The translations under genes and the position numbers were made by a program. From positions 4,913 to 68,912 of the forward strand of contig JAPOZT010000012.1 in NCBI GenBank assembly GCA_026705925.1: a DNA stretch of 64,000 bases, read 5' to 3'. The stretch is from Gemmatimonadota bacterium (GTDB lineage: Bacteria; JAAXHH01). This document shows, piece after piece, positions 1 through 9,587 of this stretch. A model generated the notes under the pieces. That model saw only the letters and a program-made list of their open reading frames with translations, ran no database searches and was not told where the DNA came from. Numbering within the stretch: the first letter of the stretch is position 1; each line of letters begins with the position of its first letter.

Positions 1-234
1 CTATTGTCGAAGGACTTTATAAAACACGTTGTACTTGCTAATTGGATAGCGTGGCCGCTGGCTTACTTCGTCATGGCTCGCTGGCTACAAAACTATGCTT
101 ATTCGGCGGGAATCAATTTCGCGTGGTTTCTGGCGGGTGGCGGCGTGGCTCTGGTCATTGCCTGGCTGACGATAGGAGCGCACGCGATCGCAGCTTCGCG
201 GAGGAACCCGATTAACGCTTTGCGACAGGGATGA
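1..234 (+). CDS. C-terminal fragment of an FtsX/MacB-type ABC transporter permease (5' end outside window)
   Basis: The frame is open from base 1. The tail ...WIAWPLAYFVMARWLQNYAY...GGGVALVIAWLTIGAHAIAASRRNPINALRQG shows the last TM helices and basic end typical of FtsX-family permeases. TGA at 232-234. Confidence 0.6.
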   Translation, partial: LLSKDFIKHVVLANWIAWPLAYFVMARWLQNYAYSAGINFAWFLAGGGVALVIAWLTIGAHAIAASRRNPINALRQG

Positions 235-363
235 CTTTGCAAATTAATGCAATGGTGGCGTGCAGTACCGGACAGAGCTTTGTAGCATCAATACAAAGGT
301 ATGGACCCATCCGGGAGATCTATGCCGTGACCATCACCGGACGCTCAAAGGCACATTAGAAGT

Positions 364-1167
364 CTATCCAAATACGTACGAATGAAGTCGTTCAGCTTGC
401 CAACTTGCTTCTCTAAGGAACTCAACATGGTCCCTGTATCTTGAGAATCTAGGCAACACTTCTAAGCTAATGGATCCATCGTATGCCGACTCGGAGATTT
501 TGCTGCACAGTACTTACCAGTCTATGAATCCCTCGCCCGGAACAACGTGATCAACATGATCCCTGATCCGATCGGACAAATGAAGGGCTAGAAGTCTGTC
601 AGCCAGGCTTTCGAGCAATGTAAATGGTTTTGGGCCACCAATCTGGTCATGTGAAGAGTCATAGCAGAATCCGAAATATCCACTGGGCAATCTCTCAAGT
701 GCATAACCGACAAATTCCGTCGCTGGACCTGGGAGAACATTCTCGAGTGCGAATTTCACACCAGATTCTTCTGCAATGGGCACCAAGGCTTCGCAAGTAT
801 CAAGTACTGGTTTTATGCGTTCGTTAAATTCACTGGCATCGAAATTGAAAGAACTTGCATGTACGACAACTACCGGCACATCCAGAAAAGCAGCGGCTTC
901 AGCGGTTGCAGATAGATTGTAAAGGGCTTTGGGTAGATCAAGTCGCGAACCATGAATCGTGTCCATTTTAAGGTCTGAGTCGACCAAGAGGTGACGAAGG
1001 CTTTTCCTCTCAGATATTCCTAAATAGCGGGAGTGAGGTGATTTTTCGCCTAAAGATACATGTGTGAAACCTGCAGTATTGATCAATGGGAATAAACCTT
1101 CAAGCGTGTGTGCGTAAGAGAAACAAGTTGAGATAGATTTCTGTTTAGGGACCAAATCTCGAATCAT
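364..1167 (-). pseudogene. Sugar phosphate isomerase/epimerase (xylose isomerase-like TIM barrel) interrupted by a single in-frame TAA
   Basis: ORF 514..1167 ends ...VPGEGFIDW at TAA (514-516). The same frame continues for 50 sense codons (VLCSKISESAYDGSISLEVLPRFSRYRDHVEFLREASWQAERLHSYVFG) to TAG at 364-366. The sum is ~268 aa, the usual size of this fold, and it includes the expected Y-x-G-x-I-S-L-E strand. Confidence 0.65.
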
Positions 1168-1363
1168 CTAGACAGGTTCCTTCTCCTTGGCATTGATACG
1201 AAGATCCAAGATCAGTGAGTTAAAAACCGGTCGCTACAAACCTTAGTACGATTCTCCAGTGCGGGTTTGTCTTCGCATCAAGACTCGAGGGTCTGTATTG
1301 TCAACTGGGGCTTGGCCTAGACGTACATGGATTTTAGATTTAACGTGGCACTTGTAACTTGTG

Positions 1364-1825
1364 TCAACGTTTAGAAGCAACAACCACATTCACTTTGCTT
1401 TCGGGAGGGCCTTCGTTCTTAAGCGCCCAAAATCTGTTGTAACCGTCCTTAAGAAAATAACATCCGTCTCCGCAGTCTTCTACGACAAGCGACGGCCAAT
1501 CCGTCGTACTACCTAGTTTGACTTCGTTTACCCTATGTAAGTATCTTGCCTCGTAATAGGAACCTGTTTTTCGCCATAGCTCGAACGTCGAACGATTCGT
1601 ATCATAGCGCATTCGAATACACGATATGGGGACTGTTATTGTAGGCAGAACCAATGCCATAATATCCAATTGGTTTTGCACCTCGTCTCTAGTGAATCCT
1701 TTATCTAGTCTGATTTCTTTGTACTTAGCTCTCAACTCCGACTGCCACCGCGCTATTGATTCCTCCGCTCCGGCCTGCTGATAATCGTCAAGTTTCTTAA
1801 CTGCAGCTTTGACTTGGTCATTCAT
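1364..1825 (-). CDS. Hypothetical protein with a possible ParB/Srx-like motif
   Basis: The ORF is 1364..1897, with the first ATG at 1825 (MNDQVKAAVKK). The C-terminal CYFLKDGYNRFWALKNEG...VNVVV resembles the DG-x-x-R core of ParB N-terminal-like domains. I recognise no other family. Confidence 0.4.
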   Translation of the reverse strand: MNDQVKAAVKKLDDYQQAGAEESIARWQSELRAKYKEIRLDKGFTRDEVQNQLDIMALVLPTITVPISCIRMRYDTNRSTFELWRKTGSYYEARYLHRVNEVKLGSTTDWPSLVVEDCGDGCYFLKDGYNRFWALKNEGPPESKVNVVVASKR

Positions 1826-2164
1826 GAACCTATTCCTGTTCGTTTCAGTTATTGGTGCAATGACTAGACACTTCAAACTGTTGACTTCGAACGACACTCA
1901 TTAACGGAGCTGTTCCATTCAAACTTTGAGTGGCGTGAGAAACACGTTGCTTCGGATCGGCCGGAATGTTGTGCTACATGAAAGTGAGGTGAATTGTTCG
2001 GGATTAAGACTCGTTAGAAGCATGTTTCCCATCTTGACCGACACCGCGTAAGTTTGCAGATACATGGGAACTTGCAGGAAAAAGAAAAACCCCACCAGGC
2101 CTTGGTATCAGGGCTCGATGGGGAATACACGACCAAAAACCGAATTGTAAAAGAACTAATTAAG

Positions 2165-2238
<74 letters not shown>

Positions 2239-2275
2239 TCGTCTATCCACTAATATACGGAAATCGCGGTTTCTG

Positions 2276-3310
2276 TCAACTGCTTTTTGCCGAATGCGGC
2301 ACGTCCGTCATCGCTGAACCATCGGTGATGCCGCACCCCGCGAAGAGGGTGCGCTGCACCGCCATATCGTGGTCCAGGGTATAGTCCGGCTCCTTCGCGC
2401 CGGATATACAGGCCGCGAGTTCGGTCAGCAGCGACGGCGGGCCCGGCGGCGTGGGAACGGTCACCTCCTGCCATCCCGCCGCATAGTCTTCGAAGGATTC
2501 CGCCAGCGAAAGCGTCAGGTTGATCGAACCGATCGGTGTGTGGATGGCCGTGCTTCGGGTCCCGTACAATTCGATGCGACGGGTGAGCCCGCTCTCCACG
2601 TGCATGGACGCGGTGTCGATCGTCCCCAGGCCGCCGCTTTCGAACCGGTGGACGACCACCGCGTTGTCCACGTGCTTCCGTTCGCCGTGGAACTGCCCGA
2701 AGGTGGCGTCCGCCTGCCGCGGCTCGCCCATGAACGTCACCATGATGTCGACCAGGTGCCCGGCCATCTCGAAATAGAGTGAACCCTTGTACCGGTCGAG
2801 TTCCTCCACCAGCCGGGCGTGGTACCCCATGGGCTTCGGGATGTGTCCCCTGTAGTAGAACGGATCGCCCAGCGCGCCGGCTCTGCAAAGCCGGATCATC
2901 TCCGATATCGCCGGGTTGTACCGCCACATGTAGGCCATCTGCAGGTGCAGCTTCTTGCGCCGCGCCGTGTCGTGCAGCCGCTCGAGTTGGGCCATGTTCA
3001 CGCCCGCCGGCTTCTCGAGCAATACGTGCTTGTCCGCCGCCAGCGCCTGCTCGGCATAGTCCAGGTTCTCCGAGACGCGGCCCTCGCAGATGATCGCTTC
3101 CGCATCGCTGTCCAACGCCTGCTCGATCGATTCGAAGACGGGGATGTCCGGCAGATCCGACACCCAGTCGCCCAGTTTCGCGTTCCGGATCGCGGGATCC
3201 GGCTCGTAGACGCCCACGAGCTGGAACTCATCGGGGCGGCTTGCGGCGTCGCGGATGTGCATGCCGGCGTGGCTGTGCCAGAGGCCCAGGTACGCGAATT
3301 TGAGGGGCAT
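2276..3310 (-). CDS. Gfo/Idh/MocA family oxidoreductase
   Basis: The N-terminus MPLKFAYLGLWHSHAG..., then EAIICEGRV... and ADKHVLLEKP, are typical of the family. The start is taken at ATG 3310 rather than the ORF start 3439, whose upstream extension has no family similarity. Confidence 0.8.
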   Translation of the reverse strand: MPLKFAYLGLWHSHAGMHIRDAASRPDEFQLVGVYEPDPAIRNAKLGDWVSDLPDIPVFESIEQALDSDAEAIICEGRVSENLDYAEQALAADKHVLLEKPAGVNMAQLERLHDTARRKKLHLQMAYMWRYNPAISEMIRLCRAGALGDPFYYRGHIPKPMGYHARLVEELDRYKGSLYFEMAGHLVDIMVTFMGEPRQADATFGQFHGERKHVDNAVVVHRFESGGLGTIDTASMHVESGLTRRIELYGTRSTAIHTPIGSINLTLSLAESFEDYAAGWQEVTVPTPPGPPSLLTELAACISGAKEPDYTLDHDMAVQRTLFAGCGITDGSAMTDVPHSAKSS

Positions 3311-3490
3311 GGGGTTCCTTTCGGTGGACGGAAAGAATGGGTAAAGCGCGATATTGAAAACCGGAAACAGACGCGGCTGCTCGACGTGACAGAGCGATTC
3401 CTGGAACGAAAAGTTAGCCGTAGCCCAAGGGCCTGTCAAGTCACCATAAAACCGTTGACAGGCGTGTCTGCCGGATCAACTTACCCGTCC

Positions 3491-4357
3491 ATGCCCACTG
3501 ATCTCTTCGTCTTCGTCCTGCTGTCCGCCGTCCTGCACGCCACGTGGAATTTCGTCGCCCGGCGCAGCTCGGGGAATCTGACCGTTTTCTGGTGGTCCCT
3601 CTGGATCAGCTGCCTGTTCCTGCTGCCCTTCGTGGCGGTCGTGGCCGCCGGAATGGGTCCCGCGGGGTTCATTTCCATGCTGGAAGCCGGATGGTTCTAC
3701 GTGCTCGCCACCGGCGTTATCCATACCTTCTACTTCCTGTTCCTGGCCCGGGCGTATGAACACGGAGAGATCTCCCTGGTCTACCCCATCGCCCGGGGAT
3801 CGGGCATCGGCCTTACGGGTTTCCTCGGATGGCTGCTGCTGGGCGAAGAACTGACGCCCATGGGGGTGGCCGGCATCGGCCTGATCTGCTTCGGCATTCT
3901 GCTGATGGGCGTATCGGTCTTCCGGCACACGAGGGCCGTTAACCGCGGATTCGCATCCGCCCTGGTGGTGGGCGCCACGATCGTGAGCTACTCCCTCGTA
4001 GACAAGGTGGGCGTGAGTATCGTCCATCCCGTGGTATACATCTTCGGCATGTTTTTTTTGAGCGCCCTGTTCGCCACGCCCTTCGTCGCGGTCCGCCACT
4101 TGGGGATCCGGTGGCGCGGATTCGCCGAAACCTGGAAGCCCGCGGCGCTCATCGGCGTCGGATCCACGGCCGCCTACCTGATGATCCTCTTCGCCATGAC
4201 CGTGGGGCAGGTCGGTTACATCGTCGCGTTGCGGGAATTCGCCGTGGTGCTCGGTGCCGTGCTGGGATTCGTCTTCCTAAAAGAACGCGTCACCGCGCTG
4301 AAAGTGGGTTCGGTACTGATGATCGTCGCCGGACTCGTCTTCATCAAATTCGGTTGA
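3491..4357 (+). CDS. EamA/DMT-family transporter
   Basis: About 10 TM helices in two EamA-like halves (LSAVLHATWNFVARR..., ISLVYPIARGSG..., VALREFAVVLGAVLGFVFLKE). The ATG at 3491 begins the hydrophobic protein. The upstream part of ORF 2819..4357 is antisense to the Gfo/Idh/MocA gene. Confidence 0.8.
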   Translation: MPTDLFVFVLLSAVLHATWNFVARRSSGNLTVFWWSLWISCLFLLPFVAVVAAGMGPAGFISMLEAGWFYVLATGVIHTFYFLFLARAYEHGEISLVYPIARGSGIGLTGFLGWLLLGEELTPMGVAGIGLICFGILLMGVSVFRHTRAVNRGFASALVVGATIVSYSLVDKVGVSIVHPVVYIFGMFFLSALFATPFVAVRHLGIRWRGFAETWKPAALIGVGSTAAYLMILFAMTVGQVGYIVALREFAVVLGAVLGFVFLKERVTALKVGSVLMIVAGLVFIKFG

Positions 4358-4362
4358 AGCAT

Positions 4363-4394
4363 GGTGCGAATTTCCTCGTAACGCACCTTGCTTT
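4363..4394 (+). terminator. Possible weak intrinsic terminator after the EamA gene
   Basis: Inverted repeat GGTGCG (4363-4368) / CGCACC (4382-4387) followed by TTGCTTT. The stem is short and the loop long. Confidence 0.3.
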
Positions 4395-4498
4395 AATATG
4401 CCGTCCTGACTACATTACCTGACGATTCCTATCAGGATCCGACCTGTCCCCGCGCTTCGCAACTGTCGCTGGAAAATCGAAAAAGGAGACTAGCAAAC

Positions 4499-5911
4499 TT
4501 GTCCCGTCTGAACCGACGTTCCTTCATTCGAAACACCGCCATATCCGTTGGCGCGTTGACCGTCGGCGCCACGGCACTGCAGGGCCTGATCGCCCGGCGC
4601 GCCCGGGCCATGTCCGACGGGTACGCCCACCTGGTTGCGCCTCGCGGGGAAGGGGGATACGGACCCCTATCTCCCGTGCCCTCGCAAAATACGGGGGAGA
4701 CCATGCTTGAACTGCCGCAGGGATTCTCCTATACCGTTTTCGGCAAGAAAGGCGGGCTCATGTCGGACGGCCATCCCACGCCGCCCGCCCACGACGGCAT
4801 GGCCGCCTTTCCCATGGACGGGATGGTCCGGCTCCTGAGAAACCACGAGATCAACACGGGCAAACCGGTGGATGCCATCGGCAACCGGGACGCGGCCTAC
4901 GATCCCACGGCGCCCGGCGGCGTCACCACGCTCATCGTCGATCCCGCAACCCGCGAACTGGTCCGCGATTTCGTCAGTGTGGGCGGGACGCTCCACAACT
5001 GCGCCGGCGGTCCCACGCCCTGGGGGTCCTGGATCACCTGTGAAGAGACTACGATGGGCACGGACCGGTTCTTCAGTGCGCGCTGGCTCCAGTACCTGGG
5101 CGGATACGACAAGGATCACGGGTACTGTTTCGAAGTGCCGGCCGATGCCGAGGAGAGCGTGGCGGCCGAACCTCTGACCGGGATGGGACGGTTCGTCCAC
5201 GAGGCCATCGCCGTCGACCCGGCCTCGGGCATTGTGTACGAGACCGAAGACAACAATCCGAGCGGATTCTTCCAGTACATCCCCGATCACCCCGGCGAGC
5301 TTGCCCGGGGAGGACGACTGCGCATGCTCGCCGTCAAGGATCGGCCCGGATATGACACGCGCGATGGCCAGACCATGGGCACTTCCCTGCCCGTTACCTG
5401 GGTGGAGATCGAAGATCCCGATCCCGCGGGGGCTGGTCTGGACAATCACCTGGTGTACCAGGAGGGGGCCGACAAGGGCGGCGCCGCCTTCGACCGACTG
5501 GAAGGGTGCTGGCACGGCAACGGACGCATCTTCTTCACGGCGACTACCGGGGGCGACGAAGGCCTCGGACAGGTATGGGAATACCGCCCCGAAAGTGACG
5601 ACGAAGGCGTGCTGACGCTCCTGTTCGAATCGCCCGACGCTTCGCTCATGGCCGCGCCGGACAACGTCTGCGTGAGTCCCCGTGGCGGCCTGATCGTGTG
5701 CGAGGACAACCGGAACGGCATTCAGCACATCCGGGGCCTGACCAGCGACGGCCGCGTGTTCGACGTGGCCCGGGACGTGGCCGGCATCGCCTACCGGGGC
5801 GAATTCGCCGGGGCGACCTTCAGTCCGGACGGCGAGACGCTCTTCGTCAACATGCAGCGGCCCGGGCTGACCTACGCCATCTGGGGCCCCTGGCAGAAAG
5901 GCGCGGTCTAG
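4499..5911 (+). CDS. PhoX-like / DUF839 phosphatase-family protein with Tat signal
   Basis: TTG start. The N-terminus SRLNRRSFIRNTAISVGALTVGATA is a twin-arginine signal. The body (HDGMAAFP..., NCAGGPTPWGSWITCEE, FEGATFSPDGETLFVNMQ) matches the beta-propeller PhoX/DUF839 pattern. Confidence 0.8.
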   Translation: MSRLNRRSFIRNTAISVGALTVGATALQGLIARRARAMSDGYAHLVAPRGEGGYGPLSPVPSQNTGETMLELPQGFSYTVFGKKGGLMSDGHPTPPAHDGMAAFPMDGMVRLLRNHEINTGKPVDAIGNRDAAYDPTAPGGVTTLIVDPATRELVRDFVSVGGTLHNCAGGPTPWGSWITCEETTMGTDRFFSARWLQYLGGYDKDHGYCFEVPADAEESVAAEPLTGMGRFVHEAIAVDPASGIVYETEDNNPSGFFQYIPDHPGELARGGRLRMLAVKDRPGYDTRDGQTMGTSLPVTWVEIEDPDPAGAGLDNHLVYQEGADKGGAAFDRLEGCWHGNGRIFFTATTGGDEGLGQVWEYRPESDDEGVLTLLFESPDASLMAAPDNVCVSPRGGLIVCEDNRNGIQHIRGLTSDGRVFDVARDVAGIAYRGEFAGATFSPDGETLFVNMQRPGLTYAIWGPWQKGAV

Positions 5912-5947
5912 GGACCGTGGCGACATAGCATCGTCCAGGGAGTACGA

Positions 5948-6730
5948 TTGTTTTCCAGGGAAATCAACGCTTTCAGAAATCGACTGGCCGGCGGTGAACT
6001 GTGTCTCGGTCCCGCCGTGACCTTCACGGATCCGGCCGTGACCGAGGCCCTGTGCGATTCAGCCGACTTCATCTGGATCGACACCGAGCACACGGCGATG
6101 AACCTGGAGACGGTCACGAGGCACCTGATGGCTGCACGTGCGGGGGGCACCGCCGCGCTGGTCCGCGTGCCATCGAGCGCCATAGGGCATGTCAAGCCCA
6201 TCCTGGACGCCGGTGCGCCCGGGATCGTCGTCCCGCAGGTCCGTTCCGCCGCCGAGGTGCGGGGCGTGGTCGACGCCTGTCGATACCCGCCCACGGGAGA
6301 CCGGGGCTTCGGACCCCATCGTCCGTCGAACTACGGACGGGCGTTTGCTGATTTCGACGCCTATGTCGACGACATGAACCGGGACCTCTTCGTCTCCGTC
6401 CAGATCGAGCATGTAGAGGCCTACCGTGAACTGGAGGCCATCGCGGCCATTCCCGGCCTGGACAGCCTGGTCATCGGGCCCGTGGATCTGAGCGGATCCA
6501 TGGGCACTCTGGGGCGGCTCGAAGACGACGAGGTCGTGGCCGCCATGGAGCGGATCATCGACGTGGGGCACGAGGCGGGCCTCTCCATCGGCATGGGCAT
6601 GGGATCGCAGTACGCCTTCGGCCGTCGCTGGAGCAGCCGGGGCGTAGACTGGATACAGGTCGATTGCGACTACAGCTACCTGATCAGTGGATTCGAACGG
6701 GTCGCCGCCGGTGTCCGCGGCGACGGTTAG
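5948..6730 (+). CDS. HpcH/HpaI-family aldolase
   Basis: TTG start. FIWIDTEHTAMNLE, ALVRVPS..., PQVRSAAE..., YPPTGDRGFGP and VQIEHVEA match the 2-keto-3-deoxy/4-hydroxy-2-oxoacid aldolase family. Confidence 0.85.
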   Translation: MFSREINAFRNRLAGGELCLGPAVTFTDPAVTEALCDSADFIWIDTEHTAMNLETVTRHLMAARAGGTAALVRVPSSAIGHVKPILDAGAPGIVVPQVRSAAEVRGVVDACRYPPTGDRGFGPHRPSNYGRAFADFDAYVDDMNRDLFVSVQIEHVEAYRELEAIAAIPGLDSLVIGPVDLSGSMGTLGRLEDDEVVAAMERIIDVGHEAGLSIGMGMGSQYAFGRRWSSRGVDWIQVDCDYSYLISGFERVAAGVRGDG

Positions 6731-6847
6731 GCACGCCTTCAGAAAGGCATCGGACTGGCTACCGATTCCCGCCGGACTTCATCGGAAGATCAACTCTACG
6801 TCCTGCGTACAGCGCCCGAACCGCTCGCGGACTTCTGTACCGCGGCG

Positions 6848-7891
6848 ATGGCCGTGGCGGGACTCTCACAGGCGGACGCCAGGCTGACAGCGGACGTCCT
6901 GATACGCACCGACATGCGCGGGATCTTCACGCATGGCACGGTCGCGTTGCGGCGTTACGTACAATTGATGCGCGATGGCGGGATCGACGTGTGCGCGGTA
7001 CCGGAAGTCACGGACGACGGTCCCGCCTGGGCACGGATCGACGCCCACCGGGCCGTGGGTATGGTGGCCTCGCACTACGGCATGACGGTGGCCATGGAAA
7101 AGGCCGCACGCTGTGGGATCGGCATGGCCACGGTACGACGGAGCAACCATTTCGGCGCGGCCTCGGCCTACACGATCATGGCCGTCGAGCACGGGGATGG
7201 GTCCCAGACTGGAGCGGGTCGGCCCCTGATCGGCGTCGCCATGAGCAATACCGACGTGGTCATGAACATCCCCGGCGGTCGTGGCGCGGCGATCGGCAAC
7301 AACCCGTTTTCCTACGCCGTCCCGACCCGGTCCCAGCCGCCCATCGTGCTGGACATCGCCATGAGCACGGTGGCGGGGGGCAAGGTGGCCTCATACCAGG
7401 CCCGCGGCGAACCGCTCCCGGAGGGATGGCTCACCGATGCGGCCGGGCTTCCAACAACGGATCCCGGCGTATTCACCGTCACCGGCGCCCTGACGCCTTT
7501 CAGTGCGCACAAGGGATATGGCCTGGCACTGCTGGTGGAGTCCCTGGCCGGGGTGCTTGCCGGCGCGGGGGTCACGACGGACATCCTGTCCTGGTCCAAG
7601 GTCTCCGACGACACCTGCGACGAGGGACACACCTTCATGGCCATCGACGTGGGCGCCATGATGCCGCTGGACGACTACTACGACCGCATCGACGAACTTA
7701 TCCGCCGCATGCGGGACGCGCCAAAAGCGGCCGGAGTGCAACGCACCTATGTGCCCGGGGAGATGGAACTCGACAGCGAATCGGTCTCCCGGCGCGAGGG
7801 CGTGCCGCTCACGCGCATGGCCGCCGAAAACCTGGCGGGACTGGCCGACGATACCGGCCTGTCGGACCGGCTGCCCTTCGACCTTTATTGA
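6848..7891 (+). CDS. Ldh_2 family (malate/L-lactate dehydrogenase type 2) oxidoreductase
   Basis: THGTVALRRY..., RRSNHFGAASAY, SNTDVVMNIPGG, MSTVAGGKV and HKGYGLALLVE are signatures of the Ldh_2 family. Confidence 0.85.
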   Translation: MAVAGLSQADARLTADVLIRTDMRGIFTHGTVALRRYVQLMRDGGIDVCAVPEVTDDGPAWARIDAHRAVGMVASHYGMTVAMEKAARCGIGMATVRRSNHFGAASAYTIMAVEHGDGSQTGAGRPLIGVAMSNTDVVMNIPGGRGAAIGNNPFSYAVPTRSQPPIVLDIAMSTVAGGKVASYQARGEPLPEGWLTDAAGLPTTDPGVFTVTGALTPFSAHKGYGLALLVESLAGVLAGAGVTTDILSWSKVSDDTCDEGHTFMAIDVGAMMPLDDYYDRIDELIRRMRDAPKAAGVQRTYVPGEMELDSESVSRREGVPLTRMAAENLAGLADDTGLSDRLPFDLY

Positions 7892-7965
7892 AGCGCATCG
7901 TCATTGTATTTAAATCGGGGACCTTCAGAATTGACGTACAGACGACAAGCTGAAAGGACCATGAA

Positions 7966-8856
7966 ATGCCCCCCGTAAACCGTGCCGTGGAACTGCTCAA
8001 GCGGAGCCAGCCTATTTACTACGGCGGCGCCGGCGAACTGAGCTACGAAAAGGGCGTCGAAGCCTCCGGGAGATGGGAGGACTACCTCGTCGTCGAAATG
8101 GAGCACGGCCTCTTCGACCTGCCGAGTCTCAAGGCTTTCATGACCGGGCTGGCGGACGGCGGCCCCGCGCCTACCGGGCACCTGACGCCCTGCATCATCG
8201 TCACGCTGCCCACGAACGGGACCAGCGAGGCCGTCATGCGAGCGAACGCCTGGATGGTCAAGCAGCTCCTGGCCCTGGGTGTCCACGGGCTCCTGCTGTG
8301 TCACGCGGAGACGCCGGGCGCCGTGCGGGCCTTCGTGGAAGCCGCCCGGTACCCCTTCCATACCCAGGGCGTGGGAAACGGGCTCGAAGTGGGCCAGCGC
8401 GGCTCGGGGGGCCAGGGCTTTGCCGCACGCAACTGGGGACTCGCCGTGCCGGATTACGTGCAGAAGGCCGACGTCTGGCCCCTGAACCCGGAAGGCGAGC
8501 TGATGCTCGGCCTCAAGATCGAGAACCAGCGCGCCCTGGCCAACGTCGACGAAAGCCTCGCAGTGCCCGGCATCGCCTTCGCCGAGTGGGGTCCGGGCGA
8601 CATGGGGATGTCCTTCGGGTACCCGGACCGCCACGACCCGCCTTACCCGCCGGAGATGATCGCCGCGCGGTCGGCGGTGCTGAAGGCCTGCAAGACCAAT
8701 GGCGTCGCCTTCCTGGACGGGGTGAAGCCCGACAACGTGACCGACCGAATCGACGAGGGCGTGATGGTCTCAGGCTGCAGCCCGGAGGCAGCCGAAATCG
8801 GTAAAAGACACACGGGACGCGATTTAGAGGGCCCTTCGGGCAGCGGAAGCGCATGA
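7966..8856 (+). CDS. HpcH/HpaI-like aldolase / citrate-lyase-beta-like protein
   Basis: LVVEMEHGLFD, LLLCHAETP..., YPF...RG and LGLKIENQRAL follow the (beta/alpha)8 phosphoenolpyruvate-mutase/HpcH pattern. Its stop overlaps the next start (ATGA at 8853-8856). Confidence 0.7.
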   Translation: MPPVNRAVELLKRSQPIYYGGAGELSYEKGVEASGRWEDYLVVEMEHGLFDLPSLKAFMTGLADGGPAPTGHLTPCIIVTLPTNGTSEAVMRANAWMVKQLLALGVHGLLLCHAETPGAVRAFVEAARYPFHTQGVGNGLEVGQRGSGGQGFAARNWGLAVPDYVQKADVWPLNPEGELMLGLKIENQRALANVDESLAVPGIAFAEWGPGDMGMSFGYPDRHDPPYPPEMIAARSAVLKACKTNGVAFLDGVKPDNVTDRIDEGVMVSGCSPEAAEIGKRHTGRDLEGPSGSGSA

Positions 8857-9527
8857 CGACCTACACCGTGTACTTCGCCGGCGATCTCTTTGACCACAAG
8901 CACCTCGCCGGAAACGAACTCCTGGCCGGGGCCGTTGATCGCCGGTCCGGAGGGCGTTACGCCTGTGTCCTGCCCCAGGACCTCGAACAGGCGTCGGAAC
9001 GCATGGTCGACATACGGAACCAGGACCTCATGCAGGTCATGGCTTGCGACCTGGGCCTATTCAATTTTGACGGGACGGACCTGGACTCGGGCACGGTGGT
9101 GGAGTTCATGATGGCCAAGATGCTCGACATCCCATCTGTCCTCCTGAGGTCGGATTTCCGTGCGTCGGGCGACCAGGAACGGGAAGGCGACGACTGGAAC
9201 CTGATGTGTTCCTTCTATCCCCGGACGCGAACGGTCCAGTTCAATGCCATGGCGTGGTACCAGGCAGCACGCTGGGGCGGCGGTCCGGGGGATGGCGCAC
9301 CAGCGGCCAGCTGGTCCGACCGGCTCTACAACAGGATGGCGGACGCCGTCATCGAAGCGCTGGACGCGGTACGGACCGAACCCTCCGCCTTCGGCGGCGA
9401 CGAAGCGCGGATCAGTGCCGTCTACGCATGGGCGGCGCAGTATCCGGGCAGCGGGTTTGACGCCCTGTGCGGACCCGGATTCGTGGAGAAAACCATCGAG
9501 AACAAGCGCCGGAAGGGACTGTTGTAA
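8853..9527 (+). CDS. Nucleoside 2-deoxyribosyltransferase-fold protein
   Basis: The N-terminus TVYFAGDLFDHKHLAGNELLA...CVLPQD and the later GTVVEFMMAK resemble the N-deoxyribosyltransferase family. It is translationally coupled to the upstream aldolase. Confidence 0.65.
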   Translation: MTTYTVYFAGDLFDHKHLAGNELLAGAVDRRSGGRYACVLPQDLEQASERMVDIRNQDLMQVMACDLGLFNFDGTDLDSGTVVEFMMAKMLDIPSVLLRSDFRASGDQEREGDDWNLMCSFYPRTRTVQFNAMAWYQAARWGGGPGDGAPAASWSDRLYNRMADAVIEALDAVRTEPSAFGGDEARISAVYAWAAQYPGSGFDALCGPGFVEKTIENKRRKGLL

Positions 9528-9587
9528 ACCGGGCATCAAGCCGCAGCCAGGCTGGACCTTGATCCAATTAAGAAAAGGGAGCGCGAA

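Noticed and set aside
1-2160. A prophage or integrative element directly identifiable next to the tRNA.
   Set aside because: No integrase, excisionase, phage structural gene or att repeat is visible within the window. Only the compositional break is observed, and it is kept as a finding with alternatives.
2819-3490. Long N-terminal extensions suggested by the ORF track for the EamA gene. The same applies to 3311-3439, 27047-27265, 36631-36720, 17489-17647 and 10749-10835.
   Set aside because: The extensions overlap neighbouring genes or are low-complexity. Internal ATG/GTG starts give proper signal peptides, RBS-like sequences or family-typical N-termini.
8853-9527. The nucleoside 2-deoxyribosyltransferase-fold protein as an anti-phage (nucleotide-depleting or signal-cleaving) effector.
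   Set aside because: It is translationally coupled to an aldolase inside a metabolic operon. No sensor, NTPase, TIR, cyclase or other defence-type partners are adjacent.
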